This document shows, piece after piece, positions 19,586 to 31,976 of a stretch of DNA of 64,000 bases. The notes under the pieces are model-generated. The model worked only from the letters and a program-made list of their open reading frames with translations, was not told the DNA's origin and made no database searches. Every line of letters starts with the position of its first letter. Within the stretch, counting starts at the first letter, position 1. The position numbers and the translations under genes are program-made. This stretch comes from Sphingobacteriales bacterium. GTDB taxonomy: Bacteria > Bacteroidota > Bacteroidia > NS11-12g > UBA9320. The stretch spans positions 1,371,233-1,435,232 of the forward strand of contig CP121331.1 of NCBI GenBank assembly GCA_043511425.1. Direction: 5' to 3'.

Positions 19586-20615
19586 CGTTTACATTCTCTA
19601 TACAGGCGGTACTTTTGGAATGAAAACTACCGAAGATGGATTAACTCCAAGCTCTTGGCAAGAGATTATCGATTACCTGCCTGCTATCAAAAACCAAACC
19701 TATTTCAACTACTTCTCGGAGATAGACTTCACCTTTGAAACACTAGAACCCGTAGTAGACTCCTCCGATATCACTCCCGACACGTGGAAAAGAATAGCAA
19801 CAAGCATAGCGGAACACTATGATACACACGATGGCTTTATAGTGCTACACGGCACTGATACGCTCGCGTACTCAGCCTCTGCATTGAGTTATATTTTTGA
19901 AAATCTGCAAAAGCCAGTCGTACTCACCGGAGCTCAACTCCCCATATTTCATCCACGCACAGATGGCATTGTCAATTTAAGCAACGCGATATATATAGCT
20001 GGATATAAATCCTTTGGCCTAGCGTGTATCCCAGAAGTATCCATCTGCTTCAATGATGATTTACTACGTGGCAATAGGTCGGTAAAAACCAGCACCAATG
20101 ACTTTGAAGGATTTAGCTCACCAAACTATGACAACCTTGCTCATATGGAGCAAAACATAGCCATCAACGAACAATTGCTCAATACCTCAAAAGACTCAAA
20201 CCTGAAACTGCTTACTGCATTTAGTGATAGCGTGGTAAATGTTACTGTCTTCCCAGGGTACAATCCAAAGCCACTATTGGACCTTGTATACAGTGATAAA
20301 CTCAGCGGAATAGTACTTAAAACCTTCGGGGCAGGTAATCTCCCTAGCAATTCTCAATGGGACGAACTAGTGACAGCTTGCGAAGAGCACAATACCATAA
20401 TACTCGCTACTACGCAATGCCCCAATGGCAAGATAGAACTCGGTCAATATGCAGCTAGTAATGTACTGCAAAGTAAGACTGTAATAGACGGCTATGATAT
20501 TACCAGCGAAGCTGCGCTTACCAAACTTATGTGGGTTATAGGAAACTATCCCTTGCACGTGCGGAGAGCAATACTCGCCCAAAATCTACGTGGGGAAATA
20601 AGCACTCATAAATAG
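19575..20615 (+). CDS. L-asparaginase (type I)
   Basis: YTGGTFGM N-terminal threonine motif, HGTDTLAYSA block. Confidence 0.8.
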   Translation: MKSSVYILYTGGTFGMKTTEDGLTPSSWQEIIDYLPAIKNQTYFNYFSEIDFTFETLEPVVDSSDITPDTWKRIATSIAEHYDTHDGFIVLHGTDTLAYSASALSYIFENLQKPVVLTGAQLPIFHPRTDGIVNLSNAIYIAGYKSFGLACIPEVSICFNDDLLRGNRSVKTSTNDFEGFSSPNYDNLAHMEQNIAINEQLLNTSKDSNLKLLTAFSDSVVNVTVFPGYNPKPLLDLVYSDKLSGIVLKTFGAGNLPSNSQWDELVTACEEHNTIILATTQCPNGKIELGQYAASNVLQSKTVIDGYDITSEAALTKLMWVIGNYPLHVRRAILAQNLRGEISTHK

Positions 20616-20690
20616 CTGATAATAAGCGTTTTATTTTTATTTTACTGTGCATTGTTTGTGGATATATCCAAACGCTCTACACAGCCCTAA

Positions 20691-22682
<1,992 letters not shown>

Positions 22683-22702
22683 ACATAGGCTATATCTTAC
22701 AA

Positions 22703-22741
22703 AAAAAATGCTCGTTCCTTCCGGACCGAGCATTTTTTTTG
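22703..22741. terminator. Bidirectional rho-independent terminator between gyrB (+) and pfkA (-)
   Basis: A8-GCTCG...CGAGC-T8 palindrome flanked by A and T runs. Confidence 0.7.
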
Positions 22742-22771
22742 AACTCTTTTTTCTAGAACTGACGTTTCAAT

Positions 22772-23743
22772 CTATATCGCCAAAATCTCAGCTAACTCTA
22801 TTAAGGCTGGATCTACAGATTTTTTACCATTAATAGCAAGGTCAAATGGGGTATACGTCACTTTATCACTTACTATACCTACTGTGACCGAAGTCTTTCC
22901 ATTTAGCAGTGCCTTCACCGCCTCAGATCCCAATCTGGATGCCAGTATTCTATCCCTGGCACTTGGACTACCGCCTCGCTGCACATGTCCCAGAATAGTA
23001 CTTCTAATTTTTAAATCCGGATAGAGTTCTGTCAACTTCTTCTCTAGCACCAATGCTCCACCTTGTTCATCGCCTTCTGCTACTATAATTATACTAAATG
23101 ATTTTTTTCTCTTTCCTGGTCTATTGAAGTGTTTCAATACCTTATCCCAGTCCCCCTGATCTTCCGGTATAAGAGCGCCCTCAGCTCCTCCAGCTATGGC
23201 AACATCCAAAGCAATAAATCCACTATCTCTACCCATTACTTCTACAATAAATACCCGCTCATGACTGTGCGCTGTGTCGCGTATCCTATCTATAGAGTCT
23301 AGTGCGGTGTTTATAGCCGTATCATATCCTATCGTATAGTCTGTACCATACAAGTCGTTATCTATCGTTCCAGGAAGTCCTACGCAAGGTATCCCAAACT
23401 CCTCGTTTAATACGTTAGCGCCGGCATAAGAGCCATTACCACCGATACATACTAGAGCATCAATATCGTGCTTTTTAAGGTTATTAAAAGCTTTCTTCCT
23501 CCCTTCTGGAGTCATAAAATCCATACTGCGCGCCGTCTTAAGAAAAGTACCTCCACGTTGTATAATATTAGCCACAGACTGCCTATCAAGGTTTATTATC
23601 TCATTATGAATCATCCCTTCATAGCCACGTTTTATCCCTTTCACTTTCAGTCCGTTGTAAATCGCAGTACGCACTACAGCTCTAACTGCAGCATTCATTC
23701 CGGGAGCGTCTCCCCCACTTGTATAGACTCCTATTGTCTTCAT
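22772..23743 (-). CDS. pfkA: ATP-dependent 6-phosphofructokinase
   Basis: GGDGS, GTIDND, MGR PFK motifs. Confidence 0.9.
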   Translation of the reverse strand: MKTIGVYTSGGDAPGMNAAVRAVVRTAIYNGLKVKGIKRGYEGMIHNEIINLDRQSVANIIQRGGTFLKTARSMDFMTPEGRKKAFNNLKKHDIDALVCIGGNGSYAGANVLNEEFGIPCVGLPGTIDNDLYGTDYTIGYDTAINTALDSIDRIRDTAHSHERVFIVEVMGRDSGFIALDVAIAGGAEGALIPEDQGDWDKVLKHFNRPGKRKKSFSIIIVAEGDEQGGALVLEKKLTELYPDLKIRSTILGHVQRGGSPSARDRILASRLGSEAVKALLNGKTSVTVGIVSDKVTYTPFDLAINGKKSVDPALIELAEILAI

Positions 23744-23760
23744 TATTCTATGTTATTACT

Positions 23761-23806
23761 GTTCTACAAAATAAAAGGGTCGATGCTTAGCATCGACCCT
23801 TTTATA
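23761..23806 (-). terminator. Hairpin terminator after lipoprotein gene (minus strand)
   Basis: GGGTCGATGC-TTAG-CATCGACCC stem with flanking T/A runs. Confidence 0.55.
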
Positions 23807-23831
23807 AAAATAGTAGTAAACAAGTTACCGA

Positions 23832-24707
23832 TTATTGTTGCTTTTTATATTTAAACTGAACGTAATCATTATTGTCAGCTCCTGGCGTAGAAACTACATC
23901 TGTTATTTCTACCAATGCGTAGTCACCATCGTTTTTAAGATTAAGCAGGTAAACATCTCCTTTTGCAACACTTACAAAAGTGGCTTCAGCTCCACTTGCG
24001 CTAGTCCAAGCAGCTTCTATTTCAGCATCATTTGTTATTGAAGCCCAAGAAGAAGCATCCACTTTTTTGAAAGTAGTTCCATTTCTAGAAGTCCATCTCG
24101 CTGGCCAGTTAGAAGTCTCAGCAAGTGCAGTTGAGTCTTGTATATCTTTATCTGAATTTGGTTCGTTAGCTAGCACATTACCACCTATAGTGATACCATA
24201 TGCTCCAGACTTAACTCCTCTAAAATTATACACTCTAAATGGAGTAGTTCCATCATTTTCAAATTCAAAAACATCCAAACTTAGACCTGGATTTCCTAAA
24301 TTAGTAATAGTGATAGACTTAGATGTTGTATTTCCATCTTTATCAGATACTGTAAAAGTGTAAATTTCAGTACCTGCATTTTCTCCTGTAGTACCGTTAA
24401 AGATATACTCAGATATTAATTTTGTCTTGATATCTGCTGAATCAAAAAGCTCCACATCTACACTACCATCCAATGATTGGATAATTTTGAATGACGTAAT
24501 ATTATCCGTATGAGATGCTGTAATTGCAATCTTAAATGGAACGTTTGCTGCTAACGAAGTATTCTGAGAAATGTATTCTGAACCAGCTAAGTAATTCAAT
24601 ACTGGCTTCGGAGTTGGATTGTCTCCTGTAGTATCTCCACAGCTTGTAATAAATAATGCACCTAGAGTAACTAGGGTAAATAGTGATAGTAATTTTATAT
24701 TCTTCAT
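23832..24707 (-). CDS. Hypothetical surface lipoprotein (start refined to MKNIKLL; LFITSCGD lipobox)
   Basis: Signal peptide + Cys lipobox; beta-rich, no catalytic motif. Confidence 0.5.
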   Translation of the reverse strand: MKNIKLLSLFTLVTLGALFITSCGDTTGDNPTPKPVLNYLAGSEYISQNTSLAANVPFKIAITASHTDNITSFKIIQSLDGSVDVELFDSADIKTKLISEYIFNGTTGENAGTEIYTFTVSDKDGNTTSKSITITNLGNPGLSLDVFEFENDGTTPFRVYNFRGVKSGAYGITIGGNVLANEPNSDKDIQDSTALAETSNWPARWTSRNGTTFKKVDASSWASITNDAEIEAAWTSASGAEATFVSVAKGDVYLLNLKNDGDYALVEITDVVSTPGADNNDYVQFKYKKQQ

Positions 24708-24966
24708 ATTGATTGATTTTATAAGCGGCAAAGATACAAAAAGATACAATCTTAATGAATCTTTAACTTCACAAATAATAATCTAAATTCGCTTACAGGC
24801 GTGTTAGCCATTTGTACCCTCTTCAAAGCGATATCGTTCATGATTCTAGCGCAACATCCTTCACCAAATAACAATAGATTTAATTTTGGTACATATGTAT
24901 GGCATATCCTTTGCACTTATGAGGTACCGTAGTAAAGTAAACCCGCTATGGTGACATTTTGACAAT

Positions 24967-27431
24967 ATGACATTTAATAATAGAATAATACTGGGAGGTG
25001 ACTTTATAGGTGACGAGGACGGTTCGGAGATCATATCTGTAATAGCAGATAGTGACTTTGAAGATGACAATAAAGGAACATACCCAGATAATCTGCCAAT
25101 ATTACCACTGCGCAATACCGTACTTTTTCCTGGCGTAGTGTTTCCTGTAACCGTAGGCAGAGATAAATCCATAAAGCTCATTCAGGACGCTTACAAGGGA
25201 GATAAGATTATTGGCGTAGTAGCTCAGAAAGATCAGAATATAGAAGACCCTACCGCTAAGGATCTCTATCCCGTAGGTACACTAGCACATATTTTGAAGA
25301 TGCTAAAAATGCCTGATGGCAATATCACGGTTATCATACAAGGTAAGCGCAAGTTTAAGTTAGACGAAATCACTCAAGAAGAGCCTTATTTTAGAGGCAA
25401 CATCACCGCTACCACAGACAGCAAAGCGAACAAGGGAAAAGAAACCAATGCCACTGTTAGTAGTATTAGAGATTTAGCATCACAGATAGTTGAGGTGTCT
25501 CCTAACATTCCTTCTGAAGCTAGTTTTGCACTAAAAAACATTAACTCTCCCAATTTCTTAGTCAACTTTATCTCCTCCAACTTAAATGTAAGTGTAGATG
25601 AGAAACAAGAAATTCTGGAACTCTCTGTGTTCAAAAAGAAAGCAAATAGAGTACTCACGTACTTAGACAAAGAGCTACAAATGCTTGAGCTCAAAAAATA
25701 AATTCAGAGTAAGGTAAAAGTAGATTTAGATCAACAACAAAAGGAGTACTTCTTGCAGCAACAATACGTGCTATACAAGAAGAGCTAGGGCAAGACTCTC
25801 CAGACAAGGAGATAGAAAGTCTTAGAGCCAGAGGGCTCAAGAAAAAGTGGAATGCGAAAGTAGGCAAAGCATTCACCAAGGAGCTAGATCGACTTATGCG
25901 TATGAATCCAGCAACTCCAGACTATTCTGTAAGCTTAAACTATGCAGAGTTATTACTTGAGCTACCTTGGGATGAGTTTAGTAAAGACAACTTTGACCTG
26001 AAAAGAGCCAAGAAAGTCTTAGATGCAGACCACTTCGGACTAGAAAAAGTAAAAGAACGTATCTTAGAATACTTAGCTGTCCTAAAACTCAAAGGAGATA
26101 TGAAGTCTCCGATACTCTGCCTCTATGGCCCTCCAGGAGTGGGTAAAACCTCTCTAGGAAAGTCCATAGCTAAGGCAATGGGTAGAGAATATGTACGCAT
26201 GAGTCTTGGAGGATTGCACGACGAAAGCGAACTCCGCGGACACCGCAAAACCTACATAGGCGCAATGCCCGGCCGTATCATACAGAGTATTAAAAAGGCA
26301 GGGAAAAGCAACCCCATCTTTGTATTGGATGAAATAGATAAAATTGGGAATGATCACAGAGGAGATCCTTCTTCTGCATTATTGGAGATACTTGATCCTG
26401 AGCAAAACAATGCATTTCACGACAACTACGTAGAGCTAGACTATGACCTAAGCAAAGTACTCTTCGTGGCTACTGCCAATAGACTAGACACGATCCAGCC
26501 AGCACTGCGTGACCGTATGGAGATCATAGATATCAGTGGTTACACGGTGGAAGAAAAAATAGGTATTGCTAAAAAGCACTTACTTCCTAAGCAGAAAAAA
26601 GAACACGGGCTCAAAGCCAGTCAGGTAGAAATATCTGATAAAGTCATCGAAATGGTGGTAGATCAATATACACGAGAAAGTGGTGTGCGTACATTGGACA
26701 AACGACTAGCAAAAATATGCAGATGGCAAGCTAAAGAGGTAGTATATGGTAATGACCCTGCTCCTACTATAACTGCAGACCAGATAGAACTAATACTAGG
26801 AAAAGACAAGATAGAAAAAGACCTCTATGAAACCAATGAAGTAGCTGGTGTAGTCACTGGACTAGCTTGGACTAGTGTAGGTGGAGACATCTTATTCGTA
26901 GAAAGCTCACTTACTAGGGGAAAAGGAAAAATAACCCTCACAGGCCAACTGGGAGATGTGATGAAGGAAAGTGCTATCAATGCGACTACCTGGCTTAAGG
27001 CCAATGCAGACGATTACGGTATCAACCCACTCATCTTTGACCAGTATGACTTACATATCCACTTTCCTGCCGGTGCAGTACCTAAGGATGGCCCAAGTGC
27101 AGGTATCACTATACTGACGGCGATTACTTCACTAATCACTCAGCGTAAAGTTAAGAATAGACTAGCTATGACAGGTGAGATTACCCTTAGAGGAAAAGTA
27201 CTTCCAGTGGGCGGTATCAAAGAAAAGATACTCGCCGCCAAGCGTGCAGGAATCAAGGAGATCATCATGTGCAAAGCGAACAAGAAAGATATAGATGACA
27301 TCAAACCCAGCTATATCTCTGATCTAAAATTTCACTTTGTAGACCAAATGAGTGAAGTGCTAGAGCACGCGCTTATGAAGACTAAAGTGAAAAATGCGAA
27401 GACGTGGATGGTGAAGGAAGAGACGAAGTAG
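24967..27431 (+). pseudogene. lon: Lon protease, disrupted: in-frame TAA at 25699-25701 plus 1-bp deletion near 25765-25770
   Basis: ORF 24967-25701 = Lon N-domain; after TAA same frame reads [21 protein letters not shown], then -1 shift into [11 protein letters not shown] and ORF 25896-27431 (GPPGVGKTS Walker A; DGPSAGITI protease serine). Confidence 0.8.
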
Positions 27432-27477
27432 GTTCACCTCTTTCTTTTTAAAAAAAGCTTATGAAATTTCACTTCTA

Positions 27478-27900
27478 TCATAGTATAGAGGTGAAATTTA
27501 TTTTTCGCCTCCGATAATCACCTATGATATCTTGCACCTCCCACGAAATTTCAGAAACTAGAAAAATACAAACACAAAAAAAAGAGATAGTAAAAAGGAC
27601 AGACGCCATCTGACTGTTCCATAATAACGGTTTCCTCTTAAGTATCTTTTGACCATTTTTTAATCCATTAAAATAATAACTATTAATAGCTACCACTATT
27701 AGATTAATGAATAGAAGGCTCAAAGAGCCTAGGTAGAAACAATAAAATTTTAAGACTAAAAACTGAATACCATAAGAAATTGCAAGCCCTTCAAAAGCAC
27801 CTATAACTAAAACTGGTCTTATTTTATAAGGCATCGAGTATTTCAACTTTTGATATAGAAAAGCAGAAAACCTGGATATTTGATAAAATACTATTCCCAT
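27478..27900 (-). CDS. Hypothetical membrane protein
   Basis: ORF with TM-like segments only. Confidence 0.3.
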   Translation of the reverse strand: MGIVFYQISRFSAFLYQKLKYSMPYKIRPVLVIGAFEGLAISYGIQFLVLKFYCFYLGSLSLLFINLIVVAINSYYFNGLKNGQKILKRKPLLWNSQMASVLFTISFFCVCIFLVSEISWEVQDIIGDYRRRKINFTSIL

Positions 27901-27950
27901 CCCGACATTTTATTTATAGAGCAAAACTATTGATTCAACTAAACTCTCCA

Positions 27951-29246
27951 CTACTCCACATACTTCACCCAGTCAGCCAATTCCAATATTACCTGCTCAT
28001 CTACATTATTGGGCAAGAAATAGTCTTGTGGGCTAGGTCTATCTGCATCTGTAGGTGTGAATAGGTGCGTAAGTCCTGGAAAGCTAAGTAGCTTGACATT
28101 GGGCATCATTCCTACTTCTTGTCTCCAGATCCCAAAGTCTACCATGGTGATCTGATAATCCTTCTCCCCTTGCATAATAAAGAAAGGTGTAGTGGTATTT
28201 TGCTTTAGTGTACTTACTGGATTATAGTCTTTTATCCCATCCCAGAAAGTGCCTGGCCAGTAAGCTAATAGATTCTCTGCAGTAGTTTCTGAGGTATAAT
28301 TACCGTCGCGTATATTCTGAGCTCGAGCCGTATTCTCTATGATAATCTGCTCCTCATCATCTGTGATGATCTCATCATACTCGGTCAGGTACTTCATCTG
28401 ATAAGCTATTAGATCCTCTAGTCTACGCGCATTCGCAGAGAATAGCACAGCTCCATCCAAGTCATTGCCCAAGCTATCTGCGATGAGTGGCATAGCATAA
28501 GCACCCAGACTGTGACCTAGCATTATATACTTACCAAAGTCCAAGGAAGTATCTTGTTTTATGCTGTTAAATGCGGCTATGGCATCATCTATAGTCTCGT
28601 CGTACAAATCAAATTGATTCGCCATAACTTCGGGATATATCTTACTTCGCTTATCGTACCTAAACGTAGCTATTCCTTTACTAGCGAGCCCAAGAGCTAA
28701 GTCATAGAAGACTTTATTGGCTCCAATGGTTTCGTCTTTATCATTTGGTCCGCTGCCATGTACGAGGATTACTACTGGACACTTATTGCAGTTTACAGGT
28801 ATCATAAGTTCTCCCGGTAGGGCGTACTCACCGCTTTTGATCATTATCCTACGTTTTCCTGTTGCTAATCCTTCCCCATACGCAGGTGGAGCATAGCCTA
28901 AAAGTGTGATAAAAAGTCCACTAAGTTGCTTATCTTCATTTTGCGAAACGAGCATTCTTACTGCCGTCCCTTCAAAATTTAATATGGCAGACTGTTTTAT
29001 CCCTCCATCAAGCGGTTTTTCAACGATATCTTCTATGGACAATAGTTTCCCTCCTGTAGCTTCTATACCTTCCCACACCTCTTGTAACTTAGTCACACTG
29101 ATGCTTTCACGCATAGTCTCATCAAAGTTTCGATAAACTTTTTTGTACTTGTGCTTACTCAGGCAGTCTGCTACGTCCTCTATCGTAGTCTGTGCGTAAA
29201 CTCCATTCGCGATAATAAACAGCAGTATACTCAGTGTCTTTTTCAT
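27951..29246 (-). CDS. Secreted alpha/beta hydrolase (dienelactone hydrolase/S9-like)
   Basis: GHSLGAY GxSxG nucleophile elbow; signal peptide MKKTLSILLFIIANGVYAQ. Confidence 0.7.
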   Translation of the reverse strand: MKKTLSILLFIIANGVYAQTTIEDVADCLSKHKYKKVYRNFDETMRESISVTKLQEVWEGIEATGGKLLSIEDIVEKPLDGGIKQSAILNFEGTAVRMLVSQNEDKQLSGLFITLLGYAPPAYGEGLATGKRRIMIKSGEYALPGELMIPVNCNKCPVVILVHGSGPNDKDETIGANKVFYDLALGLASKGIATFRYDKRSKIYPEVMANQFDLYDETIDDAIAAFNSIKQDTSLDFGKYIMLGHSLGAYAMPLIADSLGNDLDGAVLFSANARRLEDLIAYQMKYLTEYDEIITDDEEQIIIENTARAQNIRDGNYTSETTAENLLAYWPGTFWDGIKDYNPVSTLKQNTTTPFFIMQGEKDYQITMVDFGIWRQEVGMMPNVKLLSFPGLTHLFTPTDADRPSPQDYFLPNNVDEQVILELADWVKYVE

Positions 29247-29282
29247 TGGTGGCAAATTAAGCAATTAGAAGCTATTCTTTTA

Positions 29283-31211
29283 TTAATTCTCTAGCTTGAC
29301 AATTTCCTTTTGACATCCTCGTTCCGTTTTCCCTATAATTTTAAGTAGGTGTTTATTGGCTTTTACAAGGCCTTTGTAGTTGGTTTTAATCTCATCTTTC
29401 GGAGACTCATACTCCAACTCTTTCTCAATGAGCTCCAGCACAGCCTCCGAATAGCCACTTAGCTTCTTATACCTACTTGCCGTTACATTTAAGTCCTTAT
29501 CAAAATCTACATACCACTTCCCTGCCCTATTTATGAGCTCAATATACTCATTGGTCACATCTACCCACCTTCCATCCAAATCACTCTGATCGCTACTCAT
29601 CTTCTTTAGCTTCTTAAATGACTTATTGACCGCGACATATTCCTTATGAAATGCCTTCACACGATCTATAGAAGCCGAATGATAGTTTTTTATACTGTCT
29701 ATTACAGTTGTACTGTCTATATATAAGAAACCTGATTTAGGATTGAATGCCGCCTTTAGCGTCTGTATCGGATAATCGTAATCATCGAATCCTCGTCTCC
29801 TATATTCAATGAGTGCAGAGAAATGATCACCTACTTCTTTTACGTAGTCGATTTCGTTTATGATCTGAATGAGGAAGATATCTTTCTGAGAGTCCCAATC
29901 TATAAATAAATCCTCTAATGTATCGTGACTCAGTCTAAAGTTTGCTATTAATTCTTCCGTAATGCTGTCGAGGTCTATAGAATCTTGCACGTCATCGTAT
30001 CTGTGCCTAAACTCCAAACCGCGAAAGTTCTTTTCTTCTAAAATCCTATCCGTTCGCTCCTCCTTCATCTCAAGGTTTCGTTTATTCTTCTTATCTAGAG
30101 CCTCTAACTTACGTGAGGCACTTGCATACCTTCTGGCATCCCTTTTTATCACTTCTTCATACCTATCGTTATATTCTTCCTGAATAACCGCCTTTGCTGC
30201 ATTGTTTCTTACTTTAGATCTGAATTCCTGACCGAGTAACTCAAGATTTTCTTCTGCTGCTCTCCTAGCGGTCAGAGCATCTTCTAATGCCGTTTGATAC
30301 TGCCGAATATTTTTAGATTCATCCTCCTTCGCTTCTAGGTATCTCTGTTGAGCTTTGTAGAAATAACTCCCCGCATACGCATATTTATTGAATTTATTGA
30401 ATTGGTATATCAGCGGACCTTGGTACATTACTTTTTCAAAGTCATTCATCCTCACATATTTTAGTAATTCAGCCTCTTCTACCTTTTCCGGCTCTCCATC
30501 TTCTTTATACTTGAGGTAGTAGAAAGTACTATCTGTTCTGAAGTCTTCTATGCTAATAGGGTTATTTCGGATTTGCCACATGGGAATACTTGCAAGGTGA
30601 TCCGTACTGAAATATTCGCCTGATTTTAAGAAGTACGTCTCGTGAGGTGCAAACACAAATTTTGGGTCGTACTTATATACTTGCCTATTCCATCTCTTAA
30701 ATGCGCTAGAAACTTTGGTAAGAAAATCCGGTTTGTACCATTCTACATACCCCGCATCCCATGTATTATCTATGAGGTACCAATCTCCATCCACGCGTAC
30801 TGCGTTCCAAGCATGCTCATCTAAGTAAAAAGTATCACAAGCATCCATTTCTAATGTTTTCACGTACCCAGGCACCATCGTGCTGACTATATCAACATAT
30901 GCACACATCTCATTAAACAGGTCTGCATAGCCTAAACATATGGCTTTTCGTTTTTTTAGAATAGATTTCGTTCCTGTGCGGTCATAGTTTCGCCCACTAA
31001 ATTTCTTGAAATCATAGGCTATATTATGAGTAATCCACTTATGAATAGCAGTTACTTTTTCTCTTTCGGTAACAGCATTGGCCGTTATCTTAGCCGTAAG
31101 TTTAGCTACGTCTTTTCGTACAAATTTCCCCTTATTCTCTTGAGCAAGAGTACAAAAAGACGCACAGGTAAGTAATAAAAAAAGTGTGTATTTAGCGAGT
31201 AGTTTAATCAT
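29283..31211 (-). CDS. Secreted transglutaminase-like cysteine protease domain protein with long C-terminal coiled-coil region
   Basis: ICLGYADLF (Cys) ... HAWNAV (His) ... LIDNTWD (Asp) triad arrangement. Confidence 0.7.
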   Translation of the reverse strand: MIKLLAKYTLFLLLTCASFCTLAQENKGKFVRKDVAKLTAKITANAVTEREKVTAIHKWITHNIAYDFKKFSGRNYDRTGTKSILKKRKAICLGYADLFNEMCAYVDIVSTMVPGYVKTLEMDACDTFYLDEHAWNAVRVDGDWYLIDNTWDAGYVEWYKPDFLTKVSSAFKRWNRQVYKYDPKFVFAPHETYFLKSGEYFSTDHLASIPMWQIRNNPISIEDFRTDSTFYYLKYKEDGEPEKVEEAELLKYVRMNDFEKVMYQGPLIYQFNKFNKYAYAGSYFYKAQQRYLEAKEDESKNIRQYQTALEDALTARRAAEENLELLGQEFRSKVRNNAAKAVIQEEYNDRYEEVIKRDARRYASASRKLEALDKKNKRNLEMKEERTDRILEEKNFRGLEFRHRYDDVQDSIDLDSITEELIANFRLSHDTLEDLFIDWDSQKDIFLIQIINEIDYVKEVGDHFSALIEYRRRGFDDYDYPIQTLKAAFNPKSGFLYIDSTTVIDSIKNYHSASIDRVKAFHKEYVAVNKSFKKLKKMSSDQSDLDGRWVDVTNEYIELINRAGKWYVDFDKDLNVTASRYKKLSGYSEAVLELIEKELEYESPKDEIKTNYKGLVKANKHLLKIIGKTERGCQKEIVKLEN

Positions 31212-31256
31212 TCATCCACGTTTTAGCAGACAAATATTACTCAAAAAAAGTACAAG

Positions 31257-31976
31257 TTACGCATCAAATTTACGAAGCTGCTTCACGAAAACCGCTAAAT
31301 CTTTTGGATAGTCAGCTGTTATTTTCAGTGGTTCCCCATCCATATCGTTAAATTCTAATGTATAGGCATGCAGAGCAAAACGAGCTATCATTGGGCGCTC
31401 TTCCTCAGTGCGATTGGTAGTAAAGTTCTTTTTCAATTTAGAGAGATATGGCTGCTGCCCTCCATAGATGGTATCTGCAGCAATCGGTGCATTTTGAGAT
31501 GCTAAATGTATCCGTATCTGGTGTTGACGACGGGTAATTGGGTTGCACTCTACCAAGGTGAAATGCTTGAAATTTTCGAGTGTATGAAAAAGGGTCTTAC
31601 ATGGTTTTCCTTTTTGCTTATTGACTGCACTTCTTCCACTTCTAGTAGTGATCAGCGGCAAACTTACCTCAAAGGAATCAAAGCTATGTATTCCATCTGA
31701 CACGGCATGATAGGTTTTAGCTACACGTCTTTTTTCGAAAGAAACAGCAGCGTGACTATAAGCCTTTGGATGTTTGCTAAGCAACAATACTCCACTCGTT
31801 TCCTTATCCAGCCTATGGCAGAGTTGAAGATTTTCGTCGTACAGTTTTGCTTGTTCTATAACAGAGTTCGCATCACCAAGGCGCTCGTGCAAGCTACTGA
31901 TTCCTGCCGGTTTGCATATTGCGATATAATTTTCATTTTCGAAAACTATGTGCTCTTTGAATCTAAATCTTTTCAC
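31257..31976 (-). CDS. RluA family pseudouridine synthase
   Basis: HRLDKETSGVLLL catalytic Asp motif. Confidence 0.8.
   Translation of the reverse strand: MKRFRFKEHIVFENENYIAICKPAGISSLHERLGDANSVIEQAKLYDENLQLCHRLDKETSGVLLLSKHPKAYSHAAVSFEKRRVAKTYHAVSDGIHSFDSFEVSLPLITTRSGRSAVNKQKGKPCKTLFHTLENFKHFTLVECNPITRRQHQIRIHLASQNAPIAADTIYGGQQPYLSKLKKNFTTNRTEEERPMIARFALHAYTLEFNDMDGEPLKITADYPKDLAVFVKQLRKFDA

Noticed and set aside
20654-20675. TGTGGATAT / GGATATATCC palindrome upstream of gyrB as a DnaA box
   Set aside because: Single imperfect 9-mer, not a cluster. Similar ATATCCAAA also occurs at 7757, likely chance.
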